Assembly: GCA_905331295.1 (NCBI GenBank)
Contig: CAJNYD010000052.1
Span: 62,001-125,679 of the forward strand
Origin: Rotaria socialis
Taxonomy: Eukaryota
Direction of reading: 5' to 3'
DNA: 63,679 nt
The position numbers were made by a program, and so were the translations under genes. The stretch's first letter is position 1. Every line of letters starts with the position of its first letter. Shown piece after piece: positions 12,751 through 27,472 of this stretch. The notes below the pieces were generated by a model. It was not told the DNA's origin. It made no database searches and saw only the letters and a program-made list of their open reading frames with translations.

Positions 12751-14643
12751 ATGTTTAACTCTTGCACATCATCCGCTGTAATGAAATCGATTCGAACACG
12801 AATAAAATATATTCGTCTAGAAACTATTGGTTTAATTATTTTTATCAGTCTTTTGTTTAATATTTATTCTGTTAATTATATTTTTCAATGTGCATCATCG
12901 ACCAGTCACGACAAATCACTATTATCCTTTTCGAATTCGAAAAATGCGAATAATGACCCAATCAGCACCATTGAAAGGTCTAGAAGAGCCCTTGAAACTC
13001 TTAAAGCATTGTTGGATAGTACATTAACTTCAAATGATCAACCATGGATTTGGTTACCAACAGAAGAATATCCGTCTGTACCTTATCAGCCAACACCATT
13101 ATCGAATCAACATATTCCGAAAGCGATACGCGATTATAAAATACTACCAAACGCCGTAAACAATGAAATCAATCGTGTATGCGAACGATTGACTGCTTCT
13201 AATAAATCGGGTGGAGAAATTTGGTGTAAATTATTTACAAAATCCTATGCAGATACAATAGGTACAACAACAACTTTACTCGATGATGGTACAACTTATA
13301 TGATAACTGGTGATATTGATCTTATGTGGTTACGTGATAGTAGGTGAGAGTGCAAAGTAAAACGAGAAGAAAAGAATAAATTGAATAATTAAAGTAATAC
13401 TTTTTTTTTTTTGAAAAATCTTCAAGTGCTCAAGTTCATCAATATATGTCGATCTCGAATGACAAGGAAATTCAACGTATAATTGAAGGTCTTATTCGTC
13501 GTCAAATAGAATTTATTTTTTGTAATCCTTATGGTAGTTCATTTCGCTTAACTCTTCGGCCGAAACCGCCATCGGACGATTCCCTAGAACCAGTTCATGT
13601 TAAAAAAGGTCGAAATATTCATGTTGCTATGCATAATTATGAATTAGATAGTTTATGTTATCATTTACGTTTAAGTTATACATGGTGGAAAAAAACTCGG
13701 CAAACAAATGTATTTAACGAACGATGGTTAACTGCTGTTCGAATTATCATACAAGTGATGATTATTGAGCAGCATCATTCAGAAATTTCACCTTACCGTT
13801 ATACAGAATTAAAAAATGATTATCAAGGTTCACGTGTTGCATATACAGGCATGACATGGAGCGCATTTCGACCGAGTGATGATCAAACTGGATTCGGTTA
13901 TCTTATTCCGAGTAATATGATGGCAAGCGTAGCTTTAAAAGAGTTAGGTCAAATGATTAGAAAATTATTTCCCAAAGAAATTGAACTATTAAAACAGGTA
14001 TTAATATTTAATAAAGAAGCTTTAAAAAAAACTTTTCTGATATAGATTAATCAGCTACGTGCAGATATTCTCTCAGGTATCCATACATATGGAGTAGTTC
14101 ATCATGATAAACATGGTCAAATTTATGCATATGAAACAGATGGTTTCTCTCAGACGTTACTCCTTGACGATGCCAATGTACCGTCACTTCTTTCAGCATC
14201 GTATCTTGACTTTAAAACACCTTATGATCCACAAGATCAATTGATTGCATCAACGCGTAATTTTATTTTATCACCAGATAATCGATTATTTTTTCAAGGT
14301 AAACATGCTCATGGTATTGGTAGCCATCATACGCCACCAGGATTTGTTTGGCCGATGTCAATTATAATGGAAGGATTAACAAATGATTCTGAGAAAAATC
14401 TTGATAGTGTTTGGCAACGACTAGAAGCAAGTCATGCTGAAACATTTGCCATGCATGAAAGCTTCAATACTAACAATTCAAAAGAATTCACTCGTCCATG
14501 GTAAATAAAATCTATGTCATGCTTCGTTCTTATTTTAATTTTATTGTGCTCAATTTAGGTTTGCTTGGGTGAATTCGCTTTTTGCTGAATTAATTTTAGT
14601 TCGCTTGAACGAATTAGAACATTGGCTGCAATATCGTCGTTAA
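12751..14643 (+). CDS. Glycoside hydrolase family 125 (exo-alpha-1,6-mannosidase-like) with N-terminal membrane anchor; exons 12751-13343, 13427-13997, 14046-14500, 14559-14643
   Basis: Motifs ITGDIDLMWLRDS, YELDSL, WSAFRPSDD, YAYETDG, DDANVPSLL, GIGSHHT, MHESF and FTRPWFAWVNSLFAE; canonical introns. Confidence 0.92.
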
Positions 14644-14775
14644 GGTTCATAGATGAAGTTTATTTTCCAAGGTTTTATGTTTGTTGAAAATAAAAAGTAA
14701 AACAACTAAAAGCTAACTAAAATGATGGTTAGGATAAATCAGTATTCCATGTGTTCTACTATGATTTGATTGATT

Positions 14776-15401
14776 CTATTCATAAATCCATTGTTCCGCT
14801 GTATGTGTCCATTGACTGATTTCGTCAGGTTTAAACCATAAGGCAATTTCACGTTGTGCAGATGTTTCTGAATCACTACCATGAACAATATTACTAAAAT
14901 TTGGAAAGAATAAAATATTGGATTAAAAAATGAATAGTTTCTTACCGTCCTGTAACAATGCCGAAATCACCACGAATAGTACCAGGTTCAGATTTTGCTG
15001 GATCAGTAGCGCCGAGCATTTTACGACCAACGGACACAGCATTTAAGCCTTCCCATACCATAGCAACAACAGGTCCACTGCCGATATATGCTAATAGTAT
15101 TTCATAGAATTTCTTGCCTAAAAAATCAATTTACATTATATGATAAGCTTGTTTACTGTTTTGTTTTTTAACCTTTATGTTCTTCATAATGACTTTCGAG
15201 TAAAGCTCTCGGTGCCTAAAATAAGAAATAACATTTAGAGAGAAAAAAATTATATTTTTCGAATAAAACCTGAAGCATTTTAAGTGCGACTAGTTTATAA
15301 CCACGTTGTTCAAATCGATGAATAACATCTCCAACAACACCACGTTGCACACCATCGGGTTTTACCATAATAAAAGTACGTTCATTTTTAGTGCTGGCCA
15401 T
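14776..15401 (-). CDS. NME: Nucleoside diphosphate kinase (group I NME, multi-exon)
   Basis: Motifs [42 protein letters not shown] and WIYE*. Confidence 0.96.
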
Positions 15402-16344
15402 GTTTGATGATAATAAACCTCGACGAGTACTATTCGCAATAATATTTTTCTACGTTTACTTGCCGATGACGACTGTTCTTTACTTCTATCGGCATGGTAT
15501 CTCGTATCCAACCATTAAATTACGAAGAGAAAAGAAAAGAAAAACAGCAAAAATATGGTGGCATTCATCAGCCATAAAAGCAATAGACTAGCGAAAAGTA
15601 AGAGAGGAAGAAAAAGAATCTCAACTCAACCAACTACAATTGTACACAATGACGTTTACTCTAATGAGGTCGCATCCATCGATTGTTTGCTTTTTTACTA
15701 ATAATTCTGTACAGAAAACTGCATGTATGATTCACTTATTGATCATTGTTCTTTACTTGAACATTCATTTCTCTGTTGATATCAATGAAATTACGTATGT
15801 TTCTGTGCTTACGTTAGAAAAAGCTTAAAATCCCCTGAAGAAAAATTCATTTTTTTTTATGAAGAATAGCTCGAAGCTGGCATAAGTACATAAGAGGATT
15901 GCTTCGTATTTGATGTTTTATAAATGAGGAGACTTCTTTTCATTTAGAATTAAATTTTTCCTTTAAAAATGATTCCGTAGATCTAAAATTTGAAAGAAAC
16001 TTCATTGTAGTCGATAATTATTTTGTTTAAAGTGGAACAAGGCTTGGCGAACTTCAAATAAATTATCTTATCCAACAAGCTGCAAACATGAATTCTTCAT
16101 TAATCACTTTAAATAAAGATTTTTCTTTTGCTCCCCGCATCTTTTGTACTTTAAAATTGCTCATCAGACAAAAATTTAAGAAAATCATGTAAAAGCTTGC
16201 CATTATCACAATTCTACAAGAGATACCCACTGGCGAAATAAGGCAAGACTAAATAAAGCAGATAGCTATTTGTATCATAATACTAATTACGTTCATATGC
16301 ACATCTTCACTAAATTCTCTTTCATTGTATTAGTCCATGATTGA

Positions 16345-17844
16345 TTACTCTATTACATAGACGTATGTCCAATGAAAACAGTCAACGCTATAGCTGCAAC
16401 GAAGATGGGTATTTATTCCGCTGCTTGTCACATTTATGAAAATCAATTTCAGATATTTTAATTGATATGAACCATTGTATTGATTATTAATCTGATTAAA
16501 ATAGTACGAATTTAGTTGATAAAATTTAATAATGTACATGATACATGCGTGAAAATTATACTAAATTTTTTGTTTCACCTGGATTTTTGTTACTCAATGT
16601 TCCATCGAAATAAGTGTATTTAAAATTATTAAAAGTCATACGGTCGTTTACTTAATAATAACAAACTATTTTATTTTTGCAAAAGGAAAATAATCTTGTA
16701 TCTCTTTAGGATATTGTATTTCGTTGTATAAATTCAGTTGCTTGATTTTGATGCAATTGTTTCTTGTATCTTCTCTTGTAAAGCTATGTGTTACTCTTTG
16801 TAATGATTTATAATCGATATCAAGAGTAATATTATTTTCGAAATATATTTTTGTATTCAATAGAAATTCTTCGATATAATCATCATGAACAGGTCGCATT
16901 GAAAGTCTAGTAAGATAACAATAGTTAACCATTGATAAATTATGATTATCATTCATTGATGCAACAGGTTGCTTTTGATTTTGGGAGTGACGATTATTCA
17001 CCGATAAATTCTCCATAAATGGAAATGATTGAATAATTTGAATAAAAATTTCATGTTCAAATGGGCGTGTATCGCGTAATGATACTACACGAACTTATTG
17101 ATATAATCCGCCTGGAAAATTGTTTGTTATATCTTTGTAATATTGCATCAGGAATGGATATGAATAAGTGTGATACTGACCCCAGTTTTCTTCTAGAAAA
17201 TAATCAATACGAGTTGTTATTTGTGTACATGGAAAATTTCTAAATGCTTGTTGAATATCTTCTTTTAATGGTAAACGTATTAGATTATTAATCGATGCAA
17301 TGGAATGAAGATCAAATGAAAATATGTTTAATTTTGGCATATGATTAAGAATATCTTTCTTCAGATTATTTCCATCAATAAATGTTGCATTAACATGGAT
17401 TGTAAGATGTAAGCCGAGTTTTTCTAAATTCGACATTCGATGAACAAGCGGTGGAATTAATGAATCGCAATCGTACGTTGGCAAAACACACGATAGAACG
17501 AAACACTTGAGATTTGGGATTTCCGCCTAGAAAAGCAAAACATAACTTTAAAATAAAATTTATTTTCTTAGAAATTTTACTTGACTTTTAATAATTGCTT
17601 CTGGAGAACCAAGATTAGTCAAGTGAATATGGAGTGTGTGAAGCTGATTGAAACGACCATCGAGAATAAAAAGGCAGTGATGAAAGCATTGAACGCTGAT
17701 TCTTAATACCAAAAGAGTTGATGAAGAGATTCGGCGAGATGGAATATAAAATAACAATCGAACAGTATGTTCATATGATGACTCATAAAATATTAAATGA
17801 GTTAATTGAATAAACACAGTAAAAATATGATGGCTCATTCTCAA
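16345..17844 (-). pseudogene. 3' portion of a bdelloid-type F-box/LRR gene, lacking its N-terminus
   Basis: Motifs CLFILDGRFNQLHTL, RMSNLEKLGLHL..FIDGNNLKKDILNHMPKL, YSYPF..ITNNFPGG and RPFEHEFFIQIIQSFPFMENL, with internal stops. Confidence 0.75.
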
Positions 17845-20800
17845 AAGAGAGACTTTTTTTTACTATAGTCTGCTGCATTTTCCTGAGCATAACTACTTAA
17901 TAGTTTCGTATAGCTACCGAATGAATCAATCTACTTAATCAATTGCATAGCTACTGAATGAATATCATTATATTGTTTTTAAGGGAAAATTCAAACAAAA
18001 CATTTTGTATTCACAATGCGAATGTATACAGAGTTCATGAGAATAATCAAATATTTATGATACCGATATTATTAACGATATAAAGCAACACAGATGGTTG
18101 GCAGAGGTGTGTGAAAGAAAAAGTGAAAATTTTAATAGTTGTAATATTTAGTTGACGACAAAATAATAGAAATGCTTGAAATTTGAATTTCTATTAGATT
18201 TCTGGTTACATTCAAATGTTCACGATTTGATCTTGTTTTTTATTATTGAGGTTCATCATAGTGTTTCTATAAGAGAAATTTAAAAGAAAAACATTTGTAT
18301 TCATAATTTGAATCTGTATATGATATCGGTGGTATTAATGATATAAAAGAGAACGAGGTAAGTTACGTTGCAGAATTTTTTGGAAAAATGTGTGAAAACA
18401 TATTAATAAGGTTTGTCTCTGGTTTGCAATATGGCTGAGATGGTTTTTTTCATTGATGCAGAAACTTTAAAGAGGTACAGGAACTTTCAATAAATACATG
18501 ACCTTTGAATAACTACTACAGTTGAAAGCAGCTGTACAATAATTAAATAGCTATGAAATCATTAATTAGCTATTGCTTTTTTTAAGTATCTTTTTTGAGA
18601 AGCTACCGTCGTGGAGGTATATAGGCCTTTGCATTTGGTTGCTTACAGTTTTCTCCTAGTAGATGTGAAAGAATCTGACGTTTCATATGTACTACAGTGA
18701 ATTACAAATAACTTCGAGATTTTCTAAATACGTTAAAAATCGAATATGCAAAGGCTTATATTCAGTACGATTAAAATCAAGCGAAGAATGACGGATAGGT
18801 TGCCCTTCAGGAATTATCTTACATAAACTTATGGTCTTCATACATATAAATTGTGATACATGAGACATTAAAGTTCCGTGTTTTGATCCGTAATTATTAT
18901 GAATGTATACACATAAGACACAACTGCTCCATTAAAGAATATTATCTATCAAGCATATAATCACAAATAGCTTCGAAATCTTAATTATTCCATTTTTGCT
19001 GTCTTATAAAAACATGAACTCACAAGGCACATACCCGGTCTATCCTAGTAAATAAACTATTACGATGATTATAATTTACCATTGGCTCATATACTGATGT
19101 AATCGAAAGTAAAACGATGTCAATCAATATTCAAAACATTTTCAAAAAAAGTGTTTATACAGCAGTTCTAGTTGTCACCTCATTCAATGACAAAAGAACT
19201 CTGAATCTACAATTCTGCTATCGGTAAAGCGACTTTACATAAATTCTATACATTTACACTTAACATCAATGAATTGATAGTTATCCATAATATACTGACT
19301 TCTGCGTAAGACTCTTCATAATAGATTATTTTCGCTACTTTTGAGCCTTTCTTCATACGTCTCTATTGATCTAGTTTCTAGAGCGGTAGCTCAGTAAGAC
19401 CTACAATAGAAGCTTAATTTATGTAGCTCTAATATTACACATATAAGCAAAGCTTTCATCACCGTTCAAATTTATGAAAGAGATTCATATATTAAATTGA
19501 TCAAAATCGTAAACGTAACTTCCTTGATTATTTGAAAACAATGTGTCCACTACTGACTTAGGCACGCTCGATAAAGTAAGGGGAAGGTTAAACGCTTTTC
19601 CATACAAATATTTTAGAAATTTCACGTCTAGTTTTTCAGGAAGTTTCACATTTGACCAGTTCAGACTAGCAAAATCGCGAAAATGCATCATAGGCTACTA
19701 GTTATACGGCAATGACATCAATTGTTTACTACAATAGATCGATAAATTGGGACAGGTCTACCTTTTTCGTAGTAATTTTAATGACTCTTGATGGTTTTAA
19801 TATTGAATTTTACTTTTGATTGAAAAGAAAACAGAGACATCTCGAAACAGAGGCGCACAAAGGTGTTCAAAGCTGGGGGAGCACAAATACTTGAATCTGA
19901 AAAGAAAGAGGGCCGCAATATGTTCTTTTATATCGATTCAGCGGCTAAATCTCCTTAGAAAAGCCCTTTTATCTGTTGTGATATTCAAAACAAACAAAAT
20001 TTCCAAAATCATTGGGACGAAGCGGGGAATGGGCTCACGTGCTCTCAGTGATAGGTCTCTGTCACAAGCATGACGGACATGAGATTAGTATATTTTAGAA
20101 GCAGGAGAGAACGTTACACTCCTGCCTCAAAATATTGAAAACAAACATATAGTCAATTACACACGTAATAACTGAATATCGCTCAGTACTCAATTTATCA
20201 GTCTACCTAGCTCGGCTTTAGAAAATTGAAAATTAATGTCTCATATATCATTCGATTGAGAATTGAACAGTCGATAAGATGATGTATAATTTGTTTTGCC
20301 ATTCATCTTTTGATACGGATCATTCATCAAAATACTGGGGAAAAAATTACATTATGTCAAAGAATACAGTATTTTGACTTCAATATCAAGACTGAGGAGA
20401 AATGTCATATATACTTTTTTGTAGAGCAAATCAAGCTCTATCGACTGGTATATGACTCAATTTCAATAGTAAAATAATTGCGAGCAAAAATTCACAGAAA
20501 TTAAAAGTTGAATTTTTTTCCATTTGGTGATGGTATTTTTAGGGTGTCATAGGTCGGCTAGTCCTAGCGGACCATAGGTAAATCTTTAGACCGTAATATT
20601 TTGGATTCATATATTGTAGACTAAGGCCTACATTTATATATGGTCAGATTCAAAATCGGTTGACCCTAATGTTTTCGGCATTTTGATATTTTCATGGAAC
20701 GTCTCGTACGATTCTACGAATCATACTATCCCAACAATGTGTTTTTCTGTAGAATCTGAACCGTATGGCCCTTGAAAATTTTCGAGCGCAGCATATTTTC

Positions 20801-23342
20801 CTTTACATTTTGTAGCTCTTGAAAAGTTCTATCTCCCCTGAAAATATGAGACTGATTTGGCAAACTAATGCGGTTAATCAGTGAGGGTGGGTTCCGATAT
20901 TGATAATGCTTCTGTCCTAGATAGGCATGTCAAGAACAGGTCTCGAAACATGGTCTGAAAGAGGCCCAGATGCTTTATTCTTACTTAGAGGAAGATGAAA
21001 TTCAATTTTATAAAGTGTTCTGAGATGATTTTTATTTGGGGTCGTTTTACATGCAAACCCGCCTCTCCCCTCCTTTAATAAATGATGTGAAATGAAAACG
21101 TTTAATTAAGAATTTTTTCTATGAAAGAAAAACAAATAATCTTATTTTGTATTTTCGAGCAATATCAATGAAGTCTGTATTATATGCACGTTCAAATACA
21201 ATATAACAAGTATTTCTAACATGTTTTTAAACTAAATATTCTCCATAAAGTAAAATTAGATGGATAAGTGACACAGGCACTGAACGTTATATATATGTGT
21301 AGATTATCTATCGGAAGTGTAACATTCCGAGATTGTAGATATGTGGACACATCTACTGGATAGATGCTCAAAATTTTGTCAATCAAAGGAGCATAGCTAC
21401 TGCACAGGTATTTGCAATGATTTTAGTTTATAACATAATTTTTTGTTTGACGAATAAAAAGAGATTCGTCAGATCGAAGAAGATTCTAATTGTAAGACTA
21501 GATCAATTTTATTTTATGGAAACAAGTTCTTTGTATCATATGCTGCAGTACGATTCAATGTATAGTTTTGTCCTATATTTCGATTGATTTCTCTATTTAG
21601 CTGTATTTTGCGAAAGCATAAGCAATTCTTAGATTTTTGTTCCAATTCGATTTTACTCTTTGATGTGCAAATATAGGTCAAAATTTCTTGCATCAGTTTT
21701 TTCATATAACGTTGAGGTGAAATGTTCTGACGAATTAATTTTTTTAGAAAGAGGAGCGTTTTAGTACAAAAGAATATGATTGAAAGTGGTTTTTTTAAAG
21801 CCTACAAAAATGTTAGAAGGGAAGACGTCGGAAAACTCAATCGAAACGTTTTTAACGTAGAAAAAGTTTTACATAATTAGGCAGATTATCCTTTTACTCC
21901 TCTCGTTTTGGTTTTTACAATTTTAGGACAGAGAATTGCTATATGAGCAACTGTTCATTTGTGTTTGTAGCAATCGAAAAACCAAATTCTGATCCGACAG
22001 AGAGAGATTATGAGCAGTTATACATGTTGTATGAAAAAGAAAGTTTATGATATTATTTGAAATAGGACAACGCTTCTCTATGAGAGATTCCGATAAAAAT
22101 TTTGTTTTTGCTTTGTAAACACCAAGTTAAGTAACAATAGACAACTTTAGAAAGAAAAAGATTATTTAATAAAGAAAATAGAATGGTATAACAAATATCA
22201 TTTATTTGTTAAATGCAGTTGTAATACTTGAGTTTTCTAAACGTACACTTATTTCTATTGATTCTTGTTCATGATCTCTGATTTAATGTTTGTTTTAAAC
22301 AAATAAATATTTTTATTCTATCATTTGTTATTTATTTATATTAAAATGCAAATGTATTTTCTATGTTTTCAATTGATACTATATCAATTTATAAATGGTT
22401 TTGTATAGAAGATGACCAAATTAAACATAGTTAGTGGTCAAAAATTCTGTATATTAATTTTATACATTAGGAGTAAATGTAATATATTGGATGTTGTTCT
22501 GTTTACTGAGTGTACTTCAAAGAAAAGATAAATTAAGCAAACGATTTACTTTTTCACACAATATTGCAATACTATATGTAGCGATAATCTTCACTTCAGT
22601 TATTTTATTTTATATGAAGTAAAAGTTTATTGGCTTTTTTAATGGGCGTCAGTATAGACTGCTCGATTACGAATACAGTTTCACGTTTTATCTACCTCCA
22701 GAAACACAGTCAGCTCATTTACTTGAGGTATAGTAAAGATCTCTAATTGTGAACACCTTTAATAAAGGAAAAATATAAATACATTTATGGAATAGAAATA
22801 AATAAACTGGTAACTCTCTGACTATTGTGTCCATGAATTTTTTTCGACTACAAAATTTACCTTATCTAACATATTTTACAAAAGAAAATATAAGGTATAA
22901 ATTTAAGTGAGTATTCATTTTACTCTCAATGTGTTTAAGATAGAAGAAAACTGAAAATTCTGTTCAGTATGAGAGTAAAACAAAAAATTTAACGTCTAAA
23001 AAGTTAGTTTTCCCATGAAAATGATCTCATTTCTGACGCAACACTATCATTACTTCATAATAAAATTATCTCAAAATTTTAATTGTGAAGGAAACTATTA
23101 ATATCAATCGAAACAAACTGCATACTTTTATTGTTAACGGCCAAATCAAAATGATCCTGCTCTCCTCTTATTTGTGAGTGGCCACGGTCCATCGATATTG
23201 TCTCGTTCTTTTCGGTCGGAAAGAAAATAAAATTGTTTTTTCTTCGTTCATAAAGACATTCACGTCTACCCAACGCTTACATATATCGAGGCAGTTATAT
23301 TTTTCATTTGTATCATCGTTGAAATTTTAACCTTTCATTACG

Positions 23343-26283
23343 ATGCTGCAATTTGAACACATGCCAAACGAGGTTATTCTTTGTATTTGGGATCAATTAT
23401 CATCTGCTGATGTCATCTACAGCTTTTTAAATCTTAACACTCGTATGAATTCTCTGTTATTAGAATTTCATGGACTTTACCAACAACTGGATTTACGTTA
23501 CTGTTCATTATCAGCTTGTCGTTTCCTGTGTCGTCAAGTGCCAACTATGTTTGAATGGCGTCTTGGTCTTACTGTTCTTAAACTAGGTAGTCCTGTTCGA
23601 TGTTCTCAAATGGATTTATTTGTAGATGAGGTGGCAAAGTCAGTTGTCGCAAATCATTATGAAAGACAAGGAAAATCAGCTGATAAGATATCAAAAGATA
23701 TCTGTCTTATTTTAATAGCATACAAACACATACAACCGATATTTCCTCAACTCGTTTCTTTGCATATTTTTCTAACTACATCAGCCAACGAAGATACCAT
23801 CAATACACTGTTATTGGCTATAGCTGGTGGATCAGCGATGCGTACATTTGCGTTGAGTTCTTGTGCCAATCAAACTCACCATTCACGAGCTTTCTTCGAT
23901 TGGTTATTTCGATGTTCAGTCAATCTCATTCAATATAAGCTGCAGTCTTCGATAGCTGAAGATGGTTTTGAAATTATGTACGAACATACAATTGTTAATA
24001 CTTATGTTCCACATTACTCTCTTGTCCATCTCAAAATCAATATTCTCAATTTAAACACACTCTATGTACTTCTTCATTATCTTCCTGAGCTTGAACATTT
24101 AGGTAAGAATTAGTATTCTATATCATAAAAATATTTGTAGCATACGAAAGTTCTGTAAATGTCTTATGTTTCTAGAAGATATTTCGAAGAAATCATAACT
24201 GATTTCATGATCTAAAACTCATCAAATTCATTTTTACTTCTTTCGGTTCGAATGATATCATAAAGATAAAGCCTTTTCCACTTGTATGCGTGACGAGGAA
24301 ATCGCATTTGAGAAATATTTTAATTAGAGATAAGACTTCATTTAATAATAGTGAATGTTGACTAATCTGATTGTTTTATCTAAGTGTTCTTATCAAGCAT
24401 CATTTTTGACTATGAAATTGGTAATAAACGTTGAACGTGTATTTATTTTATTTATAGATGCAAATATCAGCGGTATTATTGGCCAAATCAATACTATTGA
24501 TCAAAATCTAAGAACAAAATTCAATTGCCCGAAAAAAATTTGTGTATTGATTTTAAGGTAAAATACATTTCTATTCTGAGTATTGTTTTATTGATATCTA
24601 CTTTTTTCGAAGAAACTTGAAAATTGTGGGACCCAATTGTAGTTATCTGGAGCAATTACTTGATGAATTCAACAATACACTGCAAGAATTTTCTTTGTTT
24701 TTAACTCATTACTGTAATGGCGAACTTGATATATGCTTTGATGGTCATCGTCTTGCTGCTCTTTGTAGTAGATTATCTCATTTGCGATCACTCCATTTTG
24801 CCATCCAACTGCAATTCATAGAGTCACCAAGTAGACAAATATTGTATGACTTTATTGAAGCTTTTCGTACACCTTTCTGGCTGGATGGACCATTGGGTCG
24901 CATACGAGTGTGCGTGAATTATCACCAAGTATTTGACTATGTACAAATATTCTCTCTTCCATACACATTTTTCGACAATACTGTATATCGTACAATCGAT
25001 CTAATCGATGCACTATTCAATACTAGTGAGAAAGGACAAGAAATATCAAATGATCTATCTATAACACTTAGAAGTTTCTGGTGTGGTATAAGATGTTTGT
25101 TTATCTCTTTGGTTGAAAAGCAAAAAATACCAGTTTCATTTCTATACGCACTTCAATGTCCCCCCAGTCAGAGTAAGTTATTAATATTATCGTTGAAAAA
25201 AAATTTGTCTTGACCTATTTAATTCTATCGTTGTTGCAGACAAAACATTAGTAATATCGCACGCAAGAGGAATATTACCGGATGATATTGATGATCGTAT
25301 ACAGCTTACGCATTTCGCCACACTCCAACTAATGTGTACATCTGACACCATGACTAATTATGATCTTCAACGTATGTTCAGATTTGTTTAACTTGACATT
25401 GGATATTCTATTGAATTACACGGATCTTCATTGATAGAACTAATAGGATTCTCGACCGAGAGTGAAAGGCACAAGCTCGGTTCATCTCCTGTCATTAAAC
25501 TCACACAGAATAGAAATTCATAAGAGGAGGTGGGGGATGCCTTAGTTGCACGAGCTACAACTATGAAAATATACTTCGATTGAGGTTAGTCACTCATCTA
25601 ATTAATAGAAGAATGCATGTTCTTGCACTTTTAATCAATTTGGACCCATCTTGGACAAAGTGAACCGTTTTTTTTTGGCACGAAATTAATAATCTTAGAG
25701 ATGGACTTTTATTCTGTACGGAAGTTTAATTGAATTTTGTCGTGAAACTTATCTATGAATTTTACTGTCATTTTTTTCCGTTGCAGAATTAACTGGCTGG
25801 CTGCGTTTGTTACCAAATACAAAATGTTTGTTTGTTAGTACAAATGAATTGAATTATTGGATTACTAATAGTCGTGACAATGAATATCTTGATGCTTTTC
25901 TTCAGCGTCTTGATCGACTACATATAGAATGCTCGTCTATAATAAATAAACATTTGAATGAAGAAGTGATGATTCCACTTCTTTCTTTCGTTATTAATAA
26001 ACGCCATTTGCCTCGATTAGAATGCCTACGTTTCCATGAGTGTAAAAATATCTCATCAGCATGGTGCAGCATTGATAAATGGATTGATTTCATTTTCACT
26101 CATATTAATGAACATCAACTCAAATATTTACGTTTTAGTTTTATCGAAAACGAACAGCTAGTGACTGATATGCAGACGGGTGATGAAACAATTACATTGA
26201 CTGACCAACCATGCATTGTTGATATTCATCGACTTGTATTAGAAAATCGCATCTCATTTTGGATCGAAAGAAAATATAAATAA
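23343..26283 (+). CDS. F-box/LRR-like protein (bdelloid expanded family), about 5 exons
   Basis: N-terminal FEHMPNEVILCIWDQLSSADVIYSFLNLNTRMN F-box-like motif. Later ORFs at 24617-25213 (FRTPFW, FSLPY) and 25807-26283 are linked by GT-AG introns. Confidence 0.78.
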
Positions 26284-26817
26284 CTCCTGTACACAAGCAA
26301 TTTCTTATGTTTCTTTAATAGTGTTTTTGTATTATTGCATCAGAAAGTGTAAATTGTTTTTGTGCCATTATGCGGAGAAAGAAAATAAATTCTATCTGCA
26401 AACGTATGAAACAACGCTTTAATTCAAATTCGCGCTGATAGTAAGATAAGAAATTTATATGAACGAGCTTCATTATGTATATGACAAATAAATGCGACGT
26501 ATTTTGAAAGCCTTTGCGACTCTAAAATACAATGACACAAGGAGCTGACAAATATCTGATTTTGAAGGAACACACATCCTTTACTTAAATCTGTTCTATT
26601 TCTACTTTATATATCCTAGCCAAAATAATGAGCTCAGATAGTATTTTCTGGCCATTTGGCTTGGTCAATAAAGCTTCATTTTTCGAAAAGTTCACAAGGA
26701 CCTCTCCTGTCTATCATTATGACTTTCTAGCTAGAATAACTTCGTCTCGATATAAAGAAGAAATATAGTCCATAATTATCTTATAATATACACCATTATT
26801 GCAAATATCGCGTCCAA

Positions 26818-27195
26818 TGTGGGTGTGGGTGTGGGTGGTTGACTCTCTCAGGTCGAGCAATCCGAGAGTAGGCACCTATCGGAATCCATCCGATCCGACT
26901 AGAATCCAATAGGATTTTATCGGATCCTGTCAGATCTTACAGAATTATCGTTGGATTCCAGGTCGAAGAATCGATGTCGGATCCTCAGTGTTGGATTCCT
27001 ATGAATTCTAACGAAAAACCGTTGGATGTCATCGGAAGTTCCTGGGATTCCGGCACTGAGGATCCGACATCGATTCCTCGACCCGAAACCCAATAGAATT
27101 GTATCAGATTGTAGAATATTTCCAGGCTCCTATCCGATCCAATATCGGATCAGTCGACCTGGGCTGTTTTCAACAATCAAACTGACACCCACACC
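26818..27195. repeat. Head-to-head telomere-like repeats, site C, with a MITE in the spacer
   Basis: tgtgggtgtgggtgtgggtgg at 26818-26838 and gacacccacacc at 27184-27195. Confidence 0.75.
26847..27163. mobile_element. MITE with C(T/C)CAGGTCGA TIRs and 2-bp CT target duplication
   Basis: ct|ctcaggtcgagcaatccga ... tcggatcagtcgacctggg|ct, with internal ggatcc/ggattc repeats. Confidence 0.8.
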
Positions 27196-27472
27196 ATCAA
27201 TTCATTTGATTTTCATAGAAATTTTAGGTAAAATTTGTAAAAAGAATCGATCATGCATGATATTAGAAGAGTATTTATTGATAAATTTATTGGATGGCCA
27301 TTTGAGAAAGTTCAAATGACTTGTAATTAAATGTTGGATCATGTGTAATTTGATTCAATCGTTCATTGGCACCTTGCAGAGAATAAAGTACTTCAATATT
27401 GTTCAGTTTTCTGAAAATAATTAGAAAAATCTCATCGGGTAAATCATTCAATTCAACACATGAAGAGTTCAT
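27196..27472 (-). pseudogene. 5' fragment of an F-box gene, ending at telomere-like repeats
   Basis: MNSSCVELNDLPDEIFLIIFRKLNNIEVLYSL, a frameshift, then ...DRFFLQILPKISMKIK*ID running directly into GGTGTGGGTGTC on the minus strand. Confidence 0.8.

Noticed and set aside
17880..18600. Degenerate direct and inverted similarities next to the F-box fragment
   Set aside because: Probably an old repeat, but termini and TSD could not be defined.
19485..19691. Coding-like 68 aa ORF
   Set aside because: No recognisable motif or gene structure.
21514..21780. Possible transposase fragment
   Set aside because: Too degraded to assign.
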